64,000 nt of DNA from a bacterium (GTDB lineage: Bacteria > Hinthialibacterota > Hinthialibacteria > Hinthialibacterales > Hinthialibacteraceae). Of the stretch, positions 40,613 through 50,598 are shown in pieces. A program made the translations under genes and the position numbers. A model generated the notes under the pieces. That model was not told where the DNA came from. It saw only the letters and a list, made by a program, of their open reading frames with translations, and searched no databases. Every line of letters begins with the position of its first letter. Position 1 is the stretch's first letter. The DNA is taken from positions 1 to 64,000 of the forward strand of contig CAXXSM010000141.1 in assembly GCA_963663405.2 (NCBI GenBank), in the 5' to 3' direction.

Positions 40613-41248
40613 GATGTTTTTTCTGCCTTTACTCGCCAACGCGCTGGAACAGAAGGACGCAAAGAACGCCTTGTTGAAAGCGTTTGAAGAGATTCAAGCG
40701 CGTGGCCAACAAGAGGCGTACCGGGATGGGTATCGGCAATTTCAATCATTTCATGAAACACGTCCAGGAATACGCCGATCTTGAGACGACGGCTGAATTC
40801 AAGGATGAAACATACATCTTCAAGCATCTCTTGTATGGACCCGATGGGCCGGCCGGTCTGAAAAAATGGTTGGATGAGTTTGAATCAGCGGAGGGAAGAA
40901 TCCCCTATCCAACGCTCCTTCTAATGAAAGATGAGAAGTGAACTGAAACGAATTCCATTGGATCAGCAAGGCGGACGTTGGACGATCGATAACTTGCAAC
41001 CGGGGTTCTACGCGCTCTCGTTTGATACTGGGCGAGTGATTTGGGAAGGCGAATTGACTAAAAACGATCTGCTCTGGACTCTTGCGTTTCCCGGGCAGGA
41101 TTTACCCTTGGCGGCGGATACTGGAGAGGAAGCCATCCAACCAAGCCGCCAATTTCATCTTCTCCAAGGAGAGATCGTCCTGAACGTCTATCCCGGCCTT
41201 GAATCCGGCCGGATTAAACTCCTCATGAACAGACCGAGTGGGAATTAA
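40602..41248 (+). CDS. Hypothetical protein (possible anti-sigma partner), split in three ORFs by frameshifts
   Basis: ORFs 40602-40784, 40684-40941 and 40931-41248 overlap sequentially; beta-rich C-terminus with LAADT. Confidence 0.45.
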
Positions 41249-41251
41249 ACC

Positions 41252-42936
41252 ATGAAAAAGAATCCACAATCCATCGGCCGCGCCAAGACCGTCCTGGTGT
41301 TTCACCACGGTGGAGAGACCACGGCGGCGATCACCTCCGTAATCGCGCAAGTCACGGAGGAAGCCCAGGAGGAACGAATCCAGATCGTGGGACCGGCCGG
41401 TTTCGATCCCAAACTCGTCACGCATCTCCACCGGATTATTCTTCCTCTTGTGGATACCATTGCAGCCGCCCTTCAGCTACCTCAATCCCATTTCACTCTC
41501 TCCGCCGTGAATCTAGGCGCGGCGTCTTCCTCGGATATTGGGTTTTCTGTTTCGGGCTACTCCGCCGACGCGCCCATCTTCCTGGCTCTCTTGTCCGCCG
41601 CGCTCCAACTGCCAATCCGCCAGGACGCGGTCTCCACCGGCCACATTGCGTCCACGGCGGGAGACATCGCGTTCGTCAGTTCCATCCCAGCCAAGTTGGA
41701 CGCGGTTCTGCGCGATGATTCTCTCCATGCGTTTGTCTATCCAGAACCCACAGGGGATTCGTCCCTGGAACGCTTAGCGCCACAAAAGAGACAACGGGCG
41801 GAAGACGCGCTCACCGCCGCCAAGGGGAAGGTGAAACTGCGTCCCGTTTCCAACGTCACTGAATCTTCTGCAAGCCATGTGCAGTGATGAGGCGGTGATA
41901 CAAGCGAGCCTCGCCAGCGGTTTCTTTACTTCAGAGCATACACCCGAGCTGAAACACACGTCCAATCCCAGCCTAGTTGGAATTTCTTCTTCACGATCAC
42001 GAGACTCGTTTCTGGTCATCGTTGGAACGGAATTTCTTGGAACAGAACATCGACCAGGCCCGGGACCTTCTTCAAGCCCGGATGCGGTTTCATGTGGAAA
42101 CGAATACTTACCCGGAAGCGTTTGGGATCCGGCTGCTGCGGCTGATTCAATCCCTTCCACCGTATATCCGCCGTCTGAAGGCCTTTTATCCCTTAGCGCC
42201 GATTTCCAGCTGCATCCAGTTGGGGCAGTCTGCGGATGAAAAGGAAGCAAGGGATGTCCAATGGCTGATCAAAGCGGTCACGGGAGATGGAATCGGCGTT
42301 CATGACAAGAAAGAACGGGATGACGATCGCCCCCCCGAAGACACAACCGAACAAGGACAATCAATCCTGGATTCGATCCTCGATCGAATCAGTGAAAAAC
42401 AACTGACCGAATCCATCGCCATCCCCGCCGATTCCGCCCTCGTATCGTTTACGCTGGATCGCTCTGTCGTGGATTCCATCGAAGAATTCAACCGGATTCT
42501 CTACTCCTTCTACCTTCATCTCCAGCGGCATACACACTCGATTCCAGTGATTCTCGATGAAGATCAAGCGGGCGCGGACGCGCAAGACCTGCTCGAACAG
42601 ACCTTCGGCGCCCACGGTGGCGTCAAAGCCGCCCATGCGGAAGCGCTCGATGGATGCAAAGGGGGAATTCGATGGGTATTGGAGCATATCACAAACCGGT
42701 ATAAGCAAAAAGAAAAGGAGAAATGGGTGAATAAAATTTTCAAAGACGCGCTGGATCCAATGCAATGGGAAGAGAAAGTCCGGCTTATCGAGGTTCTCCT
42801 CAAACGGCTGGCGCCTTTTCTCCCACCCGATATTCGGGATCAGCCGCCGGAACGGTTCGCCCTTCACACCGAAATCCTGGTGCAAGCGTACGTGCAATCC
42901 CTTGACCAGTTCATGTATAAAATTCGTTCTTTATAG
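41252..42936 (+). CDS. Lon-type (S16) Ser-Lys protease-like domain fused to helical-domain paralog A (frameshift ~41860-41980)
   Basis: SVSGYSADAPIFLALLSA...STGHIASTAGDIAFVSSIPAKL matches the Lon-C G.SA...TG.I...G....V.....K pattern. The C-terminal ~190 aa are homologous to 43071, 43672 and 46901. Confidence 0.65.
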
Positions 42937-43070
42937 GACGCAACGTTAAAAACGGGAATCGATCGTCGATATCCTTGGATCTCGATGTTGAGAACTATTC
43001 CATCGAATAGATGGGCTTACGTTTCTATTGTTGTTTTTTTATAACCGCCATAACGGCTACGAAAGGAAAA

Positions 43071-43655
43071 ATGATGACCAACATTAACACTCTTCTCAAC
43101 ACCCTTGATGAGCGAACCATCGCGCAACGCGTCTCCATCCCCCACGATGAGGTTCGGATGCGGTATTCTCTCCAATCCAACACGGTCAGGGATTTTGATG
43201 AATTCAGCGATGTGATTGCGGAGTATTACAATACACATTTCACCGCTTGTGTCTCCAACGGGGGGAATTTATCCCGGGCGGAGGCGTTCGGGCGCGCCAA
43301 AGAGATCCTCATCCAGAACTACCGGCGGCGAAACGGCGATATCGTCACCGCGTACAACGACGCCCATGATGGCACGAATGGCGGTTTGAACGCGATCCTC
43401 AATACCATCGCGGAAGCCTTGAAAGCCAAATCCGTGGAAACCTATATCGAGAACGCCTTCGATCGGCATGTCTCACCCAATCAATGGGAACAGAAAGTGG
43501 AGATCATCCGCCAGTTCATCGAAAAATTTCATCATGTTTTGGGGTCGAATATCCAGGCCCATCAACCGGAGCGTTACGCCCAAAATTATACGGAATTGAT
43601 CCAGTCGTATGTGAATGCGCTGCAGCAGACCTCGTCTGTCTTCCGGCGCTTGTGA
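43071..43655 (+). CDS. Unknown all-alpha protein, paralog B
   Basis: AAGGA RBS; shares LL..L.E, IP.D, EF, G..GG, P..W..K and PER motifs with the paralogs. Confidence 0.8.
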   Translation: MMTNINTLLNTLDERTIAQRVSIPHDEVRMRYSLQSNTVRDFDEFSDVIAEYYNTHFTACVSNGGNLSRAEAFGRAKEILIQNYRRRNGDIVTAYNDAHDGTNGGLNAILNTIAEALKAKSVETYIENAFDRHVSPNQWEQKVEIIRQFIEKFHHVLGSNIQAHQPERYAQNYTELIQSYVNALQQTSSVFRRL

Positions 43656-43671
43656 ATCGGGAGAAATCAAC

Positions 43672-44250
43672 ATGAAAAGCAAACTCGATCGATTATTGGA
43701 CAGCCTCGATCCCTCGGTCACTTCCGATGAAACCGGGAACCGGATCAACCACGCCCTGAATACATTTCCTTTGGAAAAAGGACGGATCACAGACTGGGAC
43801 GAATTCAAGGATTGGATCGCCCGATTCATCTGCCATGCGGAGAATACGCTTTTCAAAGTGAAATCCCGCCGAGAGGCCCACCCTGACTATGATTGGAATC
43901 ATGCGTACCGGTTGCTCCAAGAGGTATATGGACGCAATGGAGAAAAAAAGGCGTTCGAGATGGCTCGAAAAGGCGTGGAGGGAGGCGTGTACGCGGTGTT
44001 GAAAGCGCTGGCGAAACAATTGGTAAACGAATACTCGCAGAATGAAATCGCCGCGAAAACGCACACCTTTTGGAATCAATTGACGGTCGAGGAACGATTG
44101 ACCGCCGGGGAGGAGTTTCTGGTGAAATTTGGTCATCTGCTGCCGTCCGAAATGACCGAAGGCAGCGGCGCGCGGATCCGGGCGAATCTCCCGCAAGCCC
44201 TCATCAAATACCCCGAACTCCTCCAAAAACTGCGGCGATCCGTTCGCTGA
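43672..44250 (+). CDS. Unknown all-alpha protein, paralog C
   Basis: GGAG RBS; LDRLLDSLD, DWDEF, KAFEMARKGVEGGVYAVL. Confidence 0.8.
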   Translation: MKSKLDRLLDSLDPSVTSDETGNRINHALNTFPLEKGRITDWDEFKDWIARFICHAENTLFKVKSRREAHPDYDWNHAYRLLQEVYGRNGEKKAFEMARKGVEGGVYAVLKALAKQLVNEYSQNEIAAKTHTFWNQLTVEERLTAGEEFLVKFGHLLPSEMTEGSGARIRANLPQALIKYPELLQKLRRSVR

Positions 44251-44279
44251 TTTTTTTTTTGATTTTTTCTTCCGTTTCG

Positions 44280-44306
44280 TGAAATGTTCTCCGGTTTCTT
44301 CCCGCT
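44280..44306 (+). promoter_or_regulatory. Recurrent motif TGAAA-N10-TTTCTTCCCGCT, copy 2
   Basis: Intergenic, upstream of the VirD4/HerA-like ATPase. Confidence 0.65.
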
Positions 44307-44454
44307 TTACTTCTAGAGTGGTTTGCAAAAAAACGTTCGTTTAAGCGGTCCGGAAAATCCAAAAAAACCTGGATTTTCCAGATCGGAACGCGCTCTCAAT
44401 CCGAATATAGTTTTGGAAACCGCTATAAAAACAGATTGCAAAGGGGAAGAACCG

Positions 44455-46920
44455 ATGTCATCGATCGAAGAAACGCTGATCGCGCAGGCGCGGCCGTATA
44501 TGCTGGCCGCCAAGGCCCAGCTGGCTGCGCGGGATGAAATCACCAAAGGGTGTTTGCCGGATGTCCACCTTCAACCGGTCGCGTTGGAACCGGCGTTTCG
44601 TCCGATTCAAGGCTCACAGAATTATCTTCAGGATGAACCATCCTCCTCCGGCGTGGTCTATGAGACCGCGCCCCAGATTCAAGACCTTACCCGGTTCGCG
44701 GTGTGGCTCTCCCCGGAACAGGCGTTCGATTGGCGCCGGCCGGAAACGTTCCTCAAACACCTGTATTCGGTTGGACGCCGCATCGGATTTGAAATCTGGA
44801 GCGCCAATGGGAAGATCAATTTTTCCATCCTCTGTCACCAAGAAGATCAACCTCTGTTATCCGCCGCGTTCCGGGGGCAGTATGAGCGCTGCCGGCTCAC
44901 CCCGCAAGAGCGGAATCCATTGACGGATTTGTCCTTGGACGCGTGGGAGAAGGCGGAGTTTTATGACTTCTATCCGCCGCCGCCGTACAGCCATCTGCTC
45001 ACCCGGCCGGAAGAATTCCAGGATTCGCCGTATGAATCTTTGCTTACGATCCTCTCTGAAGTTCCCTCCACCGTTCTTTGCCAGGTGCTCTTTCAACCGG
45101 TTCATCCCGCGAACAATTGGCATCGGAATGTGGAGATACTATTGGATCTGGAGTATACCGTCAAACTGATGGGGGATAGCCAATATCCACAGCGCTGCAA
45201 ACAACATGTCCCGTCCGGTGATTTGCGGCATATGGCCGTTGAAACGGAGATCAAGGCGCATAATGACAAGCCTTTTTTCACAACCGCCGTCCGTCTTCTG
45301 CATATCCCCCAATCCGAGGTGGAAGAGATCCCCTTAAACGCCATGGCCACGTTCATGAGTCTCTTTCAACATGGGGGACGGCCTCTTAATGTAGTCACCG
45401 AGATGGAGTATAAATCCCGCTTATCTTCCGATCAAATCAAGCAGATGTTTGTGACGGGAATGACCTACCGGCCGGGATTTCTTCTCAATTCCAGAGAACT
45501 GGTCGGGTTGGCCCATTTTCCCTCCGCGGACGTGTTGATCGCCCGGGAGATTCCCATCGAAACGCTGGAACCCCTGACGCCGAAAACCGATGATCTGTCC
45601 GAAGGGACCAAGATCGGGAAGCGCCGGTACACAGGCCAAGAGCTTCCGGTTCATATCCCGCCAACCATCCGGGCGTGCCACACGCATATCATTGGCAGCT
45701 CTGGTTATGGCAAATCGACGTTACTGGAAGGAATGAGTCTGGATGATATTGCGCATGGCAAAGGAATCGCCGTGCTGGATCCGCATGGGGATTTAGTGGA
45801 ACGGCTGCTGTGTTTGATTCCTGAGAGGTGTATAGAACGCGTGATCTATTTCAATCCAGGAGATCCCGATTGGGTTCCCCTTTGGAATCCACTGTCGACT
45901 TTGCCCGGGCAGGATTCGGCCCGGACCAGTGACGATCTGCTCAACGCGTTCAAAAAAGTCGTCTCTGGATGGGGAGACCGGCTGGAGCATCTTCTCCGCA
46001 ATTCGTTTTACGCGCTGCTTGAATTGACTGGGAAGACCTTGTTCGATGTGTCGAACCTTCTGCAAAGCAATTCCGTACAAAGCCAGAAACTGCGCCATCA
46101 AATTCTTCAGGTTGTGGAAAATGAAACCGCGAGACAATTCTGGTTGAATGATTTCGATCAATACCGGCGGGATGATTTCAGCCCTCCCAAGCACAAACTG
46201 GGGAAACTGCTGCTGGCGGGAACGGTTTCGCTCATGCTGTCCCAGCCCGAAAATCGGTTTCATCTCCGTTCCGTGATGGATGAAGGCATGATCTTTCTGG
46301 CGAATGTATCCACCATCGGTTCCGAAATCCGCGAAATCCTGGGGTGTTTTATCTTATCCCTCTTTCATATCTCCGCCCTCAGCCGGGGAGATCTTCCGCA
46401 GGAAGACCGGAGACCGTTCCACATCTACTGTGATGAAGCGCACCGGTTTATGACCGAGTCGATTGAGGATTTCATCGCGGAAACACGGAAATTCCGAGTC
46501 AGCCTTACCCTGGCGCATCAGTTTCTGAGCCAATTTGGAACGAAAAAGATGAACGCTCTCGCCAACGCCGGGTCGTCGATCTTTTTTAACATGGATAGCA
46601 AGGAGGCGCAGTTTTTCGCCCGCAGTCTTCAAGGCCGTGTATCCCCCGATCAGTTGCATTCACTGGACGTGGGCTGCGCGATCGCGCGGATTGGGAAAGA
46701 GATTGTCCGCGTGGAGACGCCTATAAATAAGCCGATTCCCGAACGGCATTTCAGAGAAGAGATTATTGCTCTCTCACGGCGCAAGTATTACAAGCCCGTC
46801 AATGAAATCCGGAATTTGATTCGTAACCGGTATCACAGCGCCGCGCCGATCAAAACGGTCGCCGTGAACACGGTCGAAAAAAGCGGCAGGAAGAAAACCT
46901 ATGATGAAATATTGCGCTGA
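44455..46920 (+). CDS. VirD4/TraD/HerA-like ATPase without obvious TM segments
   Basis: HTHIIGSSGYGKST, LDPHGDL, YCDEAH, ETRKF, LAHQFLSQ. Confidence 0.88.
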   Translation: MSSIEETLIAQARPYMLAAKAQLAARDEITKGCLPDVHLQPVALEPAFRPIQGSQNYLQDEPSSSGVVYETAPQIQDLTRFAVWLSPEQAFDWRRPETFLKHLYSVGRRIGFEIWSANGKINFSILCHQEDQPLLSAAFRGQYERCRLTPQERNPLTDLSLDAWEKAEFYDFYPPPPYSHLLTRPEEFQDSPYESLLTILSEVPSTVLCQVLFQPVHPANNWHRNVEILLDLEYTVKLMGDSQYPQRCKQHVPSGDLRHMAVETEIKAHNDKPFFTTAVRLLHIPQSEVEEIPLNAMATFMSLFQHGGRPLNVVTEMEYKSRLSSDQIKQMFVTGMTYRPGFLLNSRELVGLAHFPSADVLIAREIPIETLEPLTPKTDDLSEGTKIGKRRYTGQELPVHIPPTIRACHTHIIGSSGYGKSTLLEGMSLDDIAHGKGIAVLDPHGDLVERLLCLIPERCIERVIYFNPGDPDWVPLWNPLSTLPGQDSARTSDDLLNAFKKVVSGWGDRLEHLLRNSFYALLELTGKTLFDVSNLLQSNSVQSQKLRHQILQVVENETARQFWLNDFDQYRRDDFSPPKHKLGKLLLAGTVSLMLSQPENRFHLRSVMDEGMIFLANVSTIGSEIREILGCFILSLFHISALSRGDLPQEDRRPFHIYCDEAHRFMTESIEDFIAETRKFRVSLTLAHQFLSQFGTKKMNALANAGSSIFFNMDSKEAQFFARSLQGRVSPDQLHSLDVGCAIARIGKEIVRVETPINKPIPERHFREEIIALSRRKYYKPVNEIRNLIRNRYHSAAPIKTVAVNTVEKSGRKKTYDEILR

Positions 46921-47503
46921 CTCGATTTTAGATGACCTGCTGGAATCCCTCCGGGAAGACCGCGTCCGTGCGGCGATCGAAATTCCGATCGATCGCTCGG
47001 CGGAATGTTATAATTTCCCCGCGCAACCACCTCTCACGTATCATCAACAACTTCATCAGCTGGCCGATTTCGTACGGCATATTTACGCGAATGGTTTAAC
47101 GCTGCCACGGATCCTGAGTCCGGAGCAAGCCTGCGCCGAAACCATCGATCTGTTGGAGAGAGGGTATCAGGGATCAGTATCCAATGGATTCGCCGCCGCA
47201 ATGGAGGACGCCAGGAATGAAGGGCGCCGTGGATTTGAGTTCTTGGCCTCGCAAATAGCCGAATTGATCAAAGTCAATCGGAAAGATCGATACATCCGTT
47301 GGATTTTCGCTAAACACCTTGATCCGTGTGATTGGCGAACCAAACGTGAATTGGTAGAAATCCTTCTGCGCCGGTTGAAGCAAGTCATTCCCATGCGGCT
47401 CAAAGATCGTTCTCCCGCGCAATTCGTCGAATTCATCCCTTCATTGATCCAACTCCATTTACAGACCAGCCGTTTACTCGATCAGGTCTATTCAAAAAAA
47501 TAG
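46901..47503 (+). CDS. Unknown all-alpha protein, paralog D
   Basis: LDDLLESLRE, IEIPID, HLDPCDWRTKRELVEILL, SPAQF. Confidence 0.8.
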   Translation: MMKYCADSILDDLLESLREDRVRAAIEIPIDRSAECYNFPAQPPLTYHQQLHQLADFVRHIYANGLTLPRILSPEQACAETIDLLERGYQGSVSNGFAAAMEDARNEGRRGFEFLASQIAELIKVNRKDRYIRWIFAKHLDPCDWRTKRELVEILLRRLKQVIPMRLKDRSPAQFVEFIPSLIQLHLQTSRLLDQVYSKK

Positions 47504-47523
47504 AACTTTTTTTGTGAGTATCC

Positions 47524-47550
47524 TGAAAGATCTCCTCATTTCTTCCCGCT
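47524..47550 (+). promoter_or_regulatory. Recurrent motif TGAAA-N10-TTTCTTCCCGCT, copy 3
   Basis: Intergenic, upstream of the primase. Confidence 0.65.
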
Positions 47551-47609
47551 AAAAAAGTAAAAGCCGTTTTCAAAAAAGCACGAAACCAAGCAATGGAGAG
47601 GAAGAAACG

Positions 47610-48638
47610 ATGATCGCGCCAAACAATCAATTCAAGACAAATGAAAAAGTAAAGATTTTTAGAAACCGTTTTTCAGGATTGAAAAATGTGTATGGGACTT
47701 ACGATCCGAAAACCAAGCGGTGTTGTGTCATCAAACAACCGGTGACCGGCAAGGTGTTGACCCAGCATCTGAAAGGAACGCGGCCGTATGGAGTGTTTCT
47801 GCTGATGGGTGATCGCGTCCGTGCTATCGCAGCCGACTTTGACCATTTGGATCCTGACCCCATCGTTCAATTCGTTCACCGCGCTCAGCACTATCTAATC
47901 CCCGCGTATGTCGAGGTTAGTAAATCCAAAGGATTTCATGTATGGATTTTCTTCGATGAACGAGGCGTTCTCGCCGCAAAAGCGCGAATGGTGATCCAGC
48001 ACATTCTCCAAGAAATTGAATGCCCGGACGTCGAAGTATTCCCCAAACAGGACCGGCTCAATTCAGCGAATCAATACGGCAATTTCATCAACGCGCCGCT
48101 TTTCGGTCAGTTAGTACCACAAGGGAAAACCGTTTTTATTGATCTAAATGATTCGTTTCACCCCTATCCAGACCAATGGGATTTTCTTGCAACGATTGAT
48201 CCTGTTCCCGAATCTGTTCTCGATGAAACGATCGAGATGAACGATCTCAGACCACAAAACGATATATCGAAGCCTATTTCTATTGCTACACAAAAATCTT
48301 TTGCCTTGCCTCCTTGCGCCCGGGAGATTCTCGATCAAGGAGTATCTGAGAATCAACGCGTCGCCTGTTTCCGGTTGGCTGTTCACCTCAAACGAATCGG
48401 CTTTCCCTTTGATATAGCGATGGTGATCCTGAAAGTGTGGTCCCTGAAAAACCGGCCAGTCAATGGAAAACAGAGAATCACAGACCATGAAATCAAGTCG
48501 CAAACCCAATGGGCCTATGAGAAAGAGTATCGCGGTTACGGCTGCGGGGAGCCTGTCATCAAATCATTCTGTTCCAAAGATTGTCCTTTGTTTCAAAGGA
48601 CACAATCCAATAAAACCGGAAAGGAAAAAGCATCATGA
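47610..48638 (+). CDS. Archaeo-eukaryotic primase (AEP, TOTE-like catalytic domain) with Cys-rich PriL-CTD-like tail
   Basis: ADFD, SKSKGFHVW, EVFPKQ, GNFINAPL; tail LPPC...GYGC...FCSKDCPL. Confidence 0.82.
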   Translation: MIAPNNQFKTNEKVKIFRNRFSGLKNVYGTYDPKTKRCCVIKQPVTGKVLTQHLKGTRPYGVFLLMGDRVRAIAADFDHLDPDPIVQFVHRAQHYLIPAYVEVSKSKGFHVWIFFDERGVLAAKARMVIQHILQEIECPDVEVFPKQDRLNSANQYGNFINAPLFGQLVPQGKTVFIDLNDSFHPYPDQWDFLATIDPVPESVLDETIEMNDLRPQNDISKPISIATQKSFALPPCAREILDQGVSENQRVACFRLAVHLKRIGFPFDIAMVILKVWSLKNRPVNGKQRITDHEIKSQTQWAYEKEYRGYGCGEPVIKSFCSKDCPLFQRTQSNKTGKEKAS

Positions 48639-48919
48639 AACCGAAAGTCAATCTCGTCAGTGTCTTTGAGAAAAAGCAGGATGAAAATGGCGATGGATAT
48701 CATCGAGGCGCCTTGGATCCGGCTCTTTTCAAAAAAGCCAAAGGGGAAATTCATTTTCTCCTGATGAAGGGCTCCATGCTTCCAATTTCGCTGATCGGCG
48801 ATGACCCCGGAGCGCAGGAGAATCTCTTCATGTTTGTGGAAGAGAAAAAGAAAGATGAGAATTCAGCAATCACGTTGAATCAGAAGAGTTACGCGAGTAA
48901 CGAGACTAATTCTGGTTAA
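48635..48919 (+). CDS. Small hypothetical protein
   Basis: ATGA-coupled to the primase. Confidence 0.55.
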   Translation: MKPKVNLVSVFEKKQDENGDGYHRGALDPALFKKAKGEIHFLLMKGSMLPISLIGDDPGAQENLFMFVEEKKKDENSAITLNQKSYASNETNSG

Positions 48920-49100
48920 TAGAAAGAAATTGGGACAGAGAGCGCTGCCTTCAACAGTTAAATGAGTGAAGATAAGCGGCTTTGACTTTCTTTACTCATT
49001 AGGAAATGAACGGATGAATTAGTAAGAGAACAATTTGGGATTTTCCAGTCCTATGGCTGGAAAATCCCAAGTCCTCGTAAATAAAAAGGTGATTTCAAAA

Positions 49101-49364
49101 ATGGACGCGCATGAAAAAATCAATCTTGAGGAAATGTTGACAACAAACGAAGTTGCCGCCATCTTAAAGAAACATCCTGTTACGATTCGGCGTATGGTGA
49201 ATCGTAAAAAGAATCCTCTTCCATGCCGAAGAATCGGAGGTACTTTGCGCTTTTGGCCGCAGGAAATCAATGACTGGATTGAACGGCATGGAACATCAGG
49301 TAAAGAAGTGTCTCAATTCATAAGGAGTAAAAAGCATGTCTTGGGTGAGATCGCGAAAATCTAA
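49101..49364 (+). CDS. Excisionase-like HTH_17 protein
   Basis: MLTTNEVAAILKKHPVTIRRMV...RIGGTLRF...I.DWI; overlaps the integrase start. Confidence 0.8.
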   Translation: MDAHEKINLEEMLTTNEVAAILKKHPVTIRRMVNRKKNPLPCRRIGGTLRFWPQEINDWIERHGTSGKEVSQFIRSKKHVLGEIAKI

Positions 49365-50598
49365 AGCATCCCCTTCGGGGAAAAATTGGTACTATTGTTA
49401 TAGGGACCAAGGCAAAATTGAAACAAGAAGAATTCCAAATGCTTTTACAAGGGAGCAAGCGGAACTTATTCAAAAAGAATGGGATGAATTGTTATCAACA
49501 TCTCAAGTCGAATTGAGCGTAACATTTGAGGAACTTGCTGGCGCACTGATAGCGGCGGATCAAAATGCCGATTTAAGTCCTCGTTATATAGAAGAAAAGA
49601 AACGCTATTTTAGAAAATCACTATTCCCCTTTTTGGGGAGAAATACTCTGGTGAAAGAAATCAAAATTGGTCAAATCAAAGATTGGATCACTTCTCGTAA
49701 ACGTGATTTTGGAAAAAAGGGGGGGAAAATTAAGGATTCAACGATCAAGCATGAGTTTTACACACTGTCCGCCACTTTTGCGCTTGGATTCGAGCGAGGT
49801 ATTCTACAAGAAAACCTGTGTAAGAAAATCGTCTTGAAACGGTTATTGAATAATGGTGAAACAGCAAACAAAACCGCTCTTTCTATCGAAGAGATTCAAC
49901 ATCTAATTGAATCGGCGGAGAATCACACAAAACTTTTTATCCAAATCGCGGCTTGCACGGCTGCTCGAAAAGGCGAAATACTCCAACTTCAGTGGGAAGA
50001 TATCGATTTTAAAGAGAAAACGATCACTTTCCGACATGATCCTGAAAACGGCCAAAGGATCAAGTCAAAACGTACTGTAACACTCCCAATAGGATCTTAT
50101 TTGATCGATGCTTTGAAAAAAGCGAAATCTGACACCATAGGACCATGGATCTTTCACCATCCGGATGGTTCGAGAATGTTAGATGTAAAACGGAGTTTTT
50201 CAACGGCGGTAAAGCGAGCGGGTTTAGGCGCCAACGTCACTCCCCATATCCTTCGACACAGCGTAAATACGATCTTAATGGAGAAACATATTCCTCAAAG
50301 TGATGTCAGAGATTTCCTGAGACACGCTGATTTCAGAATGACATCACATTATGGTCATAGTCGAGAAGAAAGACTTCGGTCAGTCGCTGAATCGTTGAAT
50401 TTCGATCGTCGTGTGAGCGAAAGTCCGAAACTGGTACAGCAGGTTGCTACACCAAATGCTGTACCAGACGAAAATTTGAAGGAAATTTTGAGCAAAGTTG
50501 CAACGATTTTAGATACTGTAAGTACTGTAGAATCAATGAGTTGTTGGTTGGAGCGGGAGACCGGGATCGAACCGGCAACCCTCAGCTTGGAAGGCTGA
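49336..50598 (+). CDS. int: Tyrosine recombinase/integrase
   Basis: ARKGEILQLQWEDID, KSK, PHILRH, LRHADFRMTSHY catalytic residues. Confidence 0.95.
   Translation: MSWVRSRKSKASPSGKNWYYCYRDQGKIETRRIPNAFTREQAELIQKEWDELLSTSQVELSVTFEELAGALIAADQNADLSPRYIEEKKRYFRKSLFPFLGRNTLVKEIKIGQIKDWITSRKRDFGKKGGKIKDSTIKHEFYTLSATFALGFERGILQENLCKKIVLKRLLNNGETANKTALSIEEIQHLIESAENHTKLFIQIAACTAARKGEILQLQWEDIDFKEKTITFRHDPENGQRIKSKRTVTLPIGSYLIDALKKAKSDTIGPWIFHHPDGSRMLDVKRSFSTAVKRAGLGANVTPHILRHSVNTILMEKHIPQSDVRDFLRHADFRMTSHYGHSREERLRSVAESLNFDRRVSESPKLVQQVATPNAVPDENLKEILSKVATILDTVSTVESMSCWLERETGIEPATLSLEG

Larger units (their letters stand above)
1..50548. mobile_element. Large integrative element / genomic island inserted at tRNA-Gly; left end not seen in the window
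   Basis: Tyrosine integrase and HTH excisionase-like gene abut the tRNA 3' end. Cargo includes primase, Orc1/Cdc6, ArdC, HerA/VirD4 ATPases and IS elements. Housekeeping genes appear only to the right of the tRNA. I noticed no duplicated tRNA 3' end in the window. Confidence 0.8.

Noticed and set aside
1-50548. Tailed prophage
   Set aside because: No recognisable terminase, portal, HK97 capsid, tail or lysis genes.
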